Assembly: GCA_016795155.1 (NCBI GenBank)
Contig: JAEUIE010000029.1
Span: 129,212 to 193,211, forward strand
Direction of reading: 5' to 3'
DNA: 64,000 nt
Source of the DNA: Planctomycetia bacterium
GTDB taxonomy: Bacteria; Planctomycetota; Planctomycetia; Gemmatales; HRBIN36
Position numbers and translations under genes: made by a program. Under the pieces are notes generated by a model. The model was not told the origin of the DNA. It searched no databases and saw only the letters and a program-made list of their open reading frames with translations. The first letter of the stretch is position 1, and the number at the start of each line of letters is the position of its first letter. Below, in pieces: positions 39,858 to 45,946 of this stretch.

Positions 39858-40343
39858 ATGATTCGTTACACCATTGGTATGCTGGCTTTAGGCCTGATTG
39901 TTGCAACTACTGTTGCTGCTGCTCGCGTCGACAATGAGACTATCGTAGCTACTGCTGCTGGCAACAAGAATTTCAGCACACTGGTCGCTGCTGTCAAAGC
40001 TGCTGAACTCGTCGATGTTCTTAATAGTGATGGCCCATTCACAGTCTTCGCCCCCACTAACGCTGCTTTCGAAAAGCTGGGTGAAGATACGATCAAGGCC
40101 GTTCTCGCTGATAAGCCCAAGCTGACTGGCATTCTTAAAGCACACGTTGTCAAAGGCAATGTCATGGCCGCTGACGTCGTCAAACTCGATGGCGAAATGG
40201 TTGAAACCCTCAATGGCAAGTTCCCCATCAAGGTCAAAGATGGTCAGGTCTGGATTGGTGACGCCAAGGTTGTTAAGACCGATATCAAGTGCCGCAACGG
40301 CGTCATTCACGTAATTGACACTGTAATTCTGCCCAAGAGCTAA
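39858..40343 (+). CDS. Secreted fasciclin (FAS1) domain protein
   Basis: 161 aa with a signal peptide, plus [14 protein letters not shown] and [12 protein letters not shown] (FAS1 H1/H2 motifs). Confidence 0.9.
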   Translation: MIRYTIGMLALGLIVATTVAAARVDNETIVATAAGNKNFSTLVAAVKAAELVDVLNSDGPFTVFAPTNAAFEKLGEDTIKAVLADKPKLTGILKAHVVKGNVMAADVVKLDGEMVETLNGKFPIKVKDGQVWIGDAKVVKTDIKCRNGVIHVIDTVILPKS

Positions 40344-40358
40344 TCAAACTGTTCTTCA

Positions 40359-40391
40359 GAAATCCAGCTTCAACTGTGAAGCTGGATTTTC
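40359..40391 (+). terminator. Intrinsic terminator-like hairpin after the fasciclin gene
   Basis: 13-bp perfect stem AAATCCAGCTTCA/TGAAGCTGGATTT, a 4-nt loop, and a T run at the 3' side. Confidence 0.6.
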
Positions 40392-40430
40392 TGCATTATC
40401 GGAATCCGATTTACCTGAAAGTATTCAGCT

Positions 40431-41693
40431 ATGTATCGACGACTTGGCTGTTGTTTTTTCTGCATGTTTTTAACAATATCAAGTGCGATGACCCAGGAAC
40501 CTGCGACCTGGCCGCAGTGGCGTGGTCCCACTCGTGATGGCATGGCTTCGGGTAACTTTACCTGGCCTGATACTCTGCAGGGCAACGTACTTGAAAAACT
40601 CTGGCGGGTTGAACTGGGGCCAAGTTACTCTGGCCCAATCATTGCTGGAGAGAAGGTCTTTATCACCGAGACACTGAATAAGAAGACCGAAACAACCCGT
40701 GCTCTCGACAGAAAAACAGGCAAGATTCTCTGGTCGCGGGAATGGGCAGGAGCCATGACGGTTCCCTTTTTTGCACGTGCCAATGGCGACTGGATTCGCA
40801 GTACACCCACCCTTGACGGTGACTCTCTCTATGTAGCTGGCATGCGCGATGTGCTGGTCTGTCTTGATGTCAACACTGGTAGCGAACGCTGGCGAGTTGA
40901 TTTTGTCAAGGAATTGAATACTCCATTGCCTGACTTCGGCTTCGTTTGTTCTCCACTCGTTGTAGGCGATCATGTTTACGTGCAGGCAGGCGGTGGCTTC
41001 GTCAAACTCGAGAAAAAAACCGGAAAAATCCTCTGGCGCACGCTCCAGGATGGCGGTGGCATGATGGGTAGCGCCTTCTCATCGCCCATCTTCTGTACGC
41101 TGAATCAAAAGCCTCAGTTGCTGGTACAGACACGTACCAAACTGGCATCGGTGGAGCCGGAGACCGGCAAAGTCAATTGGTCACAGGAAATCCCCGCTTT
41201 CCGAGGCATGAATATCCTGCCACCTACACTGGTGGGTGATGCGATCTTCACCGCGAGTCATTCAGGCGGAGCTTTTCTGTTTCGTGCCGCTGCCAGCAAC
41301 AATGCCGTTCAGGAAGTCTGGAAAAAACGATATGAAGGATACATGTCTTCACCAATCGTTATTGGTGATTACGCTTATCTGCACATGAAAAACCAGCGCT
41401 TCAGTTGCATTGATATTAAAACCGGCAATCCGACCTGGACGACCACCAAGACATTTGGCAAATACTGGAGCATGGTCGCCGCCAAGGACAAAATGCTGGC
41501 TCTCGATGAACGGGGCGATCTGCTGCTCATCAAGGCAAACCCGGAAAAGTTTGAACTGCTCGATACTCGAAAGGTATCTGAACAGGAATGCTGGGCCCAT
41601 CTGGCTGTCTGCGGTGATGAAATCTATATTCGCGATCTCCAGGGTATTACCGCCTATCGCTGGAAATCGCCTACCGCAGCAGCAAGCAAATGA
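40431..41693 (+). CDS. PQQ-like beta-propeller repeat protein (BamB-like family)
   Basis: 420 aa with a signal peptide and WPQWRGPTRDG followed by propeller repeats. It is a paralog-like relative of 25260..26492. Confidence 0.8.
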   Translation: MYRRLGCCFFCMFLTISSAMTQEPATWPQWRGPTRDGMASGNFTWPDTLQGNVLEKLWRVELGPSYSGPIIAGEKVFITETLNKKTETTRALDRKTGKILWSREWAGAMTVPFFARANGDWIRSTPTLDGDSLYVAGMRDVLVCLDVNTGSERWRVDFVKELNTPLPDFGFVCSPLVVGDHVYVQAGGGFVKLEKKTGKILWRTLQDGGGMMGSAFSSPIFCTLNQKPQLLVQTRTKLASVEPETGKVNWSQEIPAFRGMNILPPTLVGDAIFTASHSGGAFLFRAAASNNAVQEVWKKRYEGYMSSPIVIGDYAYLHMKNQRFSCIDIKTGNPTWTTTKTFGKYWSMVAAKDKMLALDERGDLLLIKANPEKFELLDTRKVSEQECWAHLAVCGDEIYIRDLQGITAYRWKSPTAAASK

Positions 41694-42607
41694 TTCGCCT
41701 GGGCTTATGCTGTTGTTTCTCTGATGAGCCTATACGCTTCTCCACGACAACTGCTGCTGCCATCAGTCGACTGGCACGCCAGGCGGCACTGGAGAAACTG
41801 GGCAATCTGGCTCTTGCTAATGCCCACTCACTGATCGCCGCTCTCAGCTATTGCAGCGAAAATGGAATCGGTTGTTTCCGTGTGCTGAGCCAGATACTTC
41901 CACTCAAAACACATCCGACACATGGTTATGAAATTGCCGATCTCCCGCAGGGCAAGGAGATCAAATTGCTGTTTCTGCAGGCTGGTGCTTTCGCAGGTAA
42001 GTTGGGCATCAGAACCTGCTTTCATCCCGATCAGTTCGTCGTTCTGAACTCGCCTAAACCCGAAGTGGTGAATGCTTCCATTCGTGAACTGGAATACCAG
42101 GCTGAAGTAGCAGAGTGGATTGGCGCTGATGTCATCAACATTCACGGCGGCGGTGCGTTTGGCGACAAGCCCAGGGCGCTCGATGCATTCGCCCAATGCC
42201 TGCAGCGACTTTCCCCTGCAGTCAGAAAACGCTTAACTCTGGAGAACGATGACAGGATCTATTCTCCTTCTGACCTTCTGCCTCTGTGTCAGTCGTATCA
42301 GATTCCACTCGTGTACGATGTTCATCACCATCGCTGTCACCCCGATAACCTACGTGTGGAGGAGGCTACCAAACAGGCGATTGCCACCTGGAATCGGGAA
42401 CCCTTGTTCCACATTTCCTCACCCTGTGAAGGATGGAAGGGACCAAAGCCACAGCGCCATCACGACTATATCAACATCAGCGATTTTCCTCGCTGCTGGC
42501 TGAAACATAACCTGACCGTTGAAGTGGAAGCCCGTGCCAAGGAGAAAGCTGTTCTGAAATTAAGCAGCCAGCTTACTGTGAGGAAAATCCAAGTCGCTAC
42601 TCACTGA
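41690..42607 (+). CDS. uvsE: UV damage endonuclease
   Basis: The N-terminus MIRLGLCC...EPIRF and TIM-barrel His/Glu pattern (NIHGGG, LENDD, DVHHH) are typical of UvdE/UvsE. Confidence 0.85.
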   Translation: MIRLGLCCCFSDEPIRFSTTTAAAISRLARQAALEKLGNLALANAHSLIAALSYCSENGIGCFRVLSQILPLKTHPTHGYEIADLPQGKEIKLLFLQAGAFAGKLGIRTCFHPDQFVVLNSPKPEVVNASIRELEYQAEVAEWIGADVINIHGGGAFGDKPRALDAFAQCLQRLSPAVRKRLTLENDDRIYSPSDLLPLCQSYQIPLVYDVHHHRCHPDNLRVEEATKQAIATWNREPLFHISSPCEGWKGPKPQRHHDYINISDFPRCWLKHNLTVEVEARAKEKAVLKLSSQLTVRKIQVATH

Positions 42608-43143
42608 CTGCGTCGCAATGCCAACATAATATCTGTTACCGTAGGGCGGTCTGACGGATCAGTACTGCGATGGGCATAGATTAACTTACGAGATCGGTCG
42701 ACGATAAAGTCGCCACCCAGTTGCAGCAAATCTTCCTGCTTCACTGGTCGCCTGATTCTCCAGCCACGGAACATGTGGGAAAAATAACTGCCGAGCACTT
42801 TGGGAGATAAGAACATCCAGACGCTGCCTGGCTGCAACCCCAGTGCCTTGTAAGTCATTCGTTCCGGGTCACATACTACAGGAAACGGCTTTGGATTATC
42901 TTCGAGCCAGACTATTAAGTTCTGTGGTTTGCTTTGCGTTACGACGATCAACTTTGCGCCGAGTGAACGAATCTCTTCCAGATGTTTCTGCACCTCGCCG
43001 AGGTGTGCCTGGCAGAGGATTCACATCAGATGGCGAAAGTATATTAGCAGAGCTGATCCGGGGGACAACTGCGATATGGTTACCTGTGTTCCATCAGGTT
43101 GATGAAATACGAGGTCAGTTACCATGTCTCCCAGTTTGATCAT
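42601..43143 (-). CDS. Peroxiredoxin-like (AhpC/TSA_2, PRXL2/SelU-like) protein; candidate selenoprotein with in-frame TGA at 43021..43023 (UxxC)
   Basis: The track shows only the C-terminal 130 aa, from GTG 42993. The same frame continues upstream through one TGA to ATG 43143. This gives MIKLGDMVTDLVFHQPDGTQVTISQLSPGSALLIYFRHLM-U-ILCQAHLGEVQKHLEEI..., where the TGA replaces the first Cys of the family's RHxxCxxC motif. Confidence 0.6.
42978..43012 (-). other. Candidate bacterial SECIS-like hairpin downstream of TGA 43021..43023
   Basis: On the minus strand the upper stem is CACCUC/GAGGUG (43005..42991) with a GGC loop, starting 15 nt after the UGA. A possible lower stem is CCAG (43012..43009) / CUGG (42981..42978). 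Confidence 0.3.
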
Positions 43144-43215
43144 ATCAGTGTTCTACAGCTTTAGTTGCTGCTGCAGGGGGGACTGGATGGGTTTCGATGA
43201 CCGGATTCTCGACAG

Positions 43216-43229
43216 GCCGCGACCGCGGC
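43216..43229 (-). other. GC-rich hairpin with a GGUC loop, 17 nt downstream of TGA 43247..43249 (candidate SECIS-like element)
   Basis: On the minus strand the sequence is GCCGC-GGUC-GCGGC. The loop sequence is the same as I recall for the apical loop of the E. coli fdhF SECIS. Confidence 0.3.
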
Positions 43230-43246
43230 GTACATGCTCCACTCAG

Positions 43247-43390
43247 TCAGGTCTGAACACCCATGCTCGGCAGTATCCAGAGTTGCAGGGCAAAGTAAGC
43301 ACCGATTAATCCAGCCAGCATCAGCAGGTCCATCATCGGATTTTTCCGTTTGGGAGTTATCGTTGTGTTCTGATCAGGTGAAGTATCCAT
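43247..43390 (-). CDS. Small single-pass membrane protein (47 aa to the TGA; 81 aa if the TGA is decoded)
   Basis: ATG 43390. The sequence is MDTSPDQNTTITPKRKNPMMDLLMLAGLIGAYFALQLWILPSMGVQT, then TGA. It is too short for the track. It lies 17 nt after the upstream gene, and the read-through frame ends 1 nt before the Prx-like ATG. Confidence 0.35.
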   Translation of the reverse strand: MDTSPDQNTTITPKRKNPMMDLLMLAGLIGAYFALQLWILPSMGVQT

Positions 43391-43407
43391 CGTTTTGCTT
43401 CCTGAGA

Positions 43408-43938
43408 TTATTTTCTTGGTTGCTCGGGTGCTGCATGATTCTTGCGTACTTCAGCATGCCCGTTTTTAACGAAGAGGCTTACTACATCTGCGTGAGCCTC
43501 AATCAGCCTGGCAGTAAACGGATCATCAGAAGTTTCAATCACCTTTACACCTTTTTCCGTTTTTTCCACAGACATCGTTATTTTAGAACTATTTCGAAAG
43601 ACAGCGGCGAACAGTGGATCACGCAGGTGAATGCCACGTCCTTCCTTAACGCGACGATGCATCGCTTCCACATGCTCTTTAATTTTTTCGGCAACCTGGG
43701 GCTTGGTGGATTCAGTAATTGTCTCAACGCCGTTTTTCCGTTTTGTAACATCCCGCGTAATTTCGGTGTGATGAGATAGAAGGAATTGAAAATCTTCCTG
43801 ATCTTTTTTCATCCGTTCATCTTTCCGACCTTGTCTGGGCATTCCTTCGGATGTCGGCCCTAGTGCTAGGGTCGCTGTATGAGCACCCAGGAACAGCATA
43901 CAGGTAGTCGTCACGGATAATGCCATCGTTCTTCGCAT
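43408..43938 (-). CDS. Hypothetical secreted protein, first gene of the Prx-like operon
   Basis: 176 aa with the signal peptide MRRTMALSVTTTCMLFLGAHTATLALG. Charged and His-containing, with no family assigned. Confidence 0.6.
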   Translation of the reverse strand: MRRTMALSVTTTCMLFLGAHTATLALGPTSEGMPRQGRKDERMKKDQEDFQFLLSHHTEITRDVTKRKNGVETITESTKPQVAEKIKEHVEAMHRRVKEGRGIHLRDPLFAAVFRNSSKITMSVEKTEKGVKVIETSDDPFTARLIEAHADVVSLFVKNGHAEVRKNHAAPEQPRK

Positions 43939-43970
43939 GTTTGAATCCTCGTTGGTATCTTCCGCAGCGT

Positions 43971-43998
43971 TGATCCAGTTACCTGGTAAAAGTTACAA
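43971..43998 (-). promoter_or_regulatory. Candidate ECF-type promoter for the 43938..42601 operon (TGTAAC-N15-GGATCAA)
   Basis: The minus strand reads TGTAACTTTTACCAGGTAACTGGATCAA. It matches 20 of 28 positions of the divergent motif at 44018..44045, with identical block spacing. Confidence 0.4.
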
Positions 43999-44017
43999 GT
44001 GATTTCGGGAAACGCGC

Positions 44018-44045
44018 TGTAACCTTTTTCCGTATACGGGATCAA
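44018..44045 (+). promoter_or_regulatory. Candidate ECF-type promoter for the rhodanese-sigma-antisigma operon (TGTAAC-N15-GGATCAA)
   Basis: The plus strand reads TGTAACCTTTTTCCGTATACGGGATCAA, ending 46 nt upstream of ATG 44092. The AAC-containing -35-like block followed by a T run is typical of ECF promoters. Confidence 0.4.
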
Positions 44046-44091
44046 AAGTTCTGCATCAGACAGGTGCTGATGGAAAATTCCAATCAGGAGG

Positions 44092-44487
44092 ATGGTAATG
44101 CGTTACCTCTGTAGTTGTGCAATCTTGTTCCTAAGTCTGACAGGTACCAGTCGAGCGGGTGATCATACCAAGGATTCTTTGCAGACCGTCAAGCAGGGAG
44201 TAGCATCCCAGAAAGCATTGCTGGTTGATGTCCGTGAAAACGATGAATGGAAAGAGGGACATATCAAGGGGGCAAAGCATCTGCCTTTATCACAACTGCA
44301 GAAGGGCGTGAATAAGGAACAACTGAAGCAGGTCCTGCCTGAAGGCAAAATCATCTATCTGTACTGTGCTGCCGGTGGTCGGTGCCTGAAAGCTGCTGAC
44401 TTGCTGAAGAAACAGGGAATAGACGTCAGAGCACTCAAGCCAGGTTACGAAGCTTTGGTTCGTGCCGGTTTTGAGAATGCACCCTAG
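44092..44487 (+). CDS. Secreted single-domain rhodanese (sulfurtransferase)
   Basis: 131 aa with a signal peptide. It has LVDVRENDEWKEGHIKGAKHLP and the active-site loop YCAAGGRC. Confidence 0.85.
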   Translation: MVMRYLCSCAILFLSLTGTSRAGDHTKDSLQTVKQGVASQKALLVDVRENDEWKEGHIKGAKHLPLSQLQKGVNKEQLKQVLPEGKIIYLYCAAGGRCLKAADLLKKQGIDVRALKPGYEALVRAGFENAP

Positions 44488-44541
44488 TATCCGGTGGGAG
44501 GTTCGGCTATGCTGATAGCGTTTCCTTCGTGATTCAGGATC

Positions 44542-45195
44542 ATGCAACTTGATCAGCCACATGCTGGTGCCACCGAATCAACCGATGAGTGCCTGTCTTT
44601 GCTCAGGCAGGCACAAACGGGTGATTTCTCGGCCTTCGGACAATTGATCAATCAATTGCAGCATCGGGTCTACGGCTTGGCCTATCGCATGCTGGGAGAA
44701 ACACATGATGCCGAAGATATCACACAGCAAACGTTCCTGAGCCTGATCGAACATCTGGATAGTTTTCGAGGCGAATCCCGCGTGAGCACCTGGGTGATGC
44801 GAATCGCTGCCAATCATGCCTTGAAGCTACTTCGTAAAAGGAGAGGTTTGCCGGTGGAGCCTTCAGGCGGCATGCCTCATCCGGAGTTTATTGCGCCCTG
44901 GCGTGAGCAACCGGGTGTGCTGGCGGAACAGGCCGAAACCAGCAAACTGATTCATGAGGCCCTGCGCGAAATCAACTCCGGCTTACGGGAAGTATTCGTG
45001 CTTCGCGATATAGAAGGATTTTCAGTGAAGGAATCAGCAGAGCTACTGGGGATCAGTGAGGCTAATGTTAAAGTTCGCCTGCTCCGAGCCAGATTGTCAC
45101 TGCGTGAACGATTGACTGCAGTTCTGGGCGATCAGGCATTGCGTGTCATACCTGATCATCAACATCATGCTGCAAACACAGGTTACGCATCATGA
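44542..45195 (+). CDS. ECF sigma factor
   Basis: Region 2 is AEDITQQTFLSLIEHLDSFRGESRVSTWVMRIAANHAL and region 4 is GFSVKESAELLGISEANVKVRLLRARL. It has a 4-nt overlap with the anti-sigma gene. Confidence 0.85.
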   Translation: MQLDQPHAGATESTDECLSLLRQAQTGDFSAFGQLINQLQHRVYGLAYRMLGETHDAEDITQQTFLSLIEHLDSFRGESRVSTWVMRIAANHALKLLRKRRGLPVEPSGGMPHPEFIAPWREQPGVLAEQAETSKLIHEALREINSGLREVFVLRDIEGFSVKESAELLGISEANVKVRLLRARLSLRERLTAVLGDQALRVIPDHQHHAANTGYAS

Positions 45196-45464
45196 ACGAG
45201 CATACACATCAAGGCATGTCCTGCGACGAGTTATTGAAAGCGCTCAATGATTATGTTGATAACGATTCGCTTTCAGCTGCCTGCCAGGCATTTGCTGAAC
45301 ATCTGGCGGGTTGTAATCCCTGTCAGATTGTCGTCGATAACATCCGAAACACCATTAAGTTGTTTCAGAATGGCAAGCCATACCCCATTCCGCCAGAATT
45401 CGCAAAACGGCTCAATGCTGCCCTGGCCAGTCGCTGGCGTGAGAAATTTCATGCAGCAAGATGA
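45192..45464 (+). CDS. Soluble zinc-binding anti-sigma factor (ZAS, RsrA-like)
   Basis: 90 aa with no TM segment. It has the HxxxCxxC motif (HLAGCNPC) plus an N-terminal Cys (MSCDELL), and it is translationally coupled to the sigma gene. Confidence 0.7.
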   Translation: MNEHTHQGMSCDELLKALNDYVDNDSLSAACQAFAEHLAGCNPCQIVVDNIRNTIKLFQNGKPYPIPPEFAKRLNAALASRWREKFHAAR

Positions 45465-45527
45465 TCTGTTCGATTGCACATATTCATCTTCAACAGTTGA
45501 TAATCAGAATCGGGAAGGGTAACAGAT

Positions 45528-45917
45528 ATGCCAGGCGAAAACAGCAACCTACTCGATGATATTCGCGTTCCCCTGGCGGCGGAACGCACCTTGCTCGCCT
45601 GGATTCGCACTGGCTTGGCCATGATGGGCTTCGGCTTCGTCGTCGCACGTTTCGGTGTATTTCTCCGCGAACTGCATCCCGCTGATCATGCCCAGCATCC
45701 GGAGTACAGCAAGTCGCTCTATATCGGTGCCGGCATGGTTATTCTGGGCATTGCCATCAACCTCCTGGCCGCCGTTGGGCACTTCAGGCTGCTGCGACGA
45801 TTGGAAAAAGGATTCACGTACAAGCCGTCACTCTTTTCACTGGTGATGGTGATTGCCCTGTGCGTTGCCATCATCGGTATCGTCATGACCGTGCATCTGC
45901 TCGGCATGACAGGCTGA
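45528..45917 (+). CDS. DUF202 (YidH-like) membrane protein
   Basis: 129 aa with LAAERTLLAWIRTGLAMMGFG and three hydrophobic segments. Confidence 0.7.
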   Translation: MPGENSNLLDDIRVPLAAERTLLAWIRTGLAMMGFGFVVARFGVFLRELHPADHAQHPEYSKSLYIGAGMVILGIAINLLAAVGHFRLLRRLEKGFTYKPSLFSLVMVIALCVAIIGIVMTVHLLGMTG

Positions 45918-45946
45918 CAACTCTAACTCTCCCGAGGGCTGTTCAC

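Noticed and set aside
42601-42993. Treating the Prx-like gene as a genuine 130-aa protein starting at GTG 42993, or as a plain nonsense pseudogene.
   Set aside because: The short model lacks the entire N-terminal beta-alpha unit and the redox motif. The upstream frame is intact to an ATG, with only one stop codon, placed exactly at the catalytic Cys codon and followed by a hairpin. The pseudogene explanation is not excluded and is stated as the refutation case.
43234-43779. A 181-aa plus-strand ORF spanning the region of the Prx-like operon.
   Set aside because: It runs antisense across two minus-strand genes (the 176-aa secreted protein and the small membrane ORF), and its translation is a hydrophobic, low-information sequence. 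The minus-strand models are tightly packed and motif-supported.
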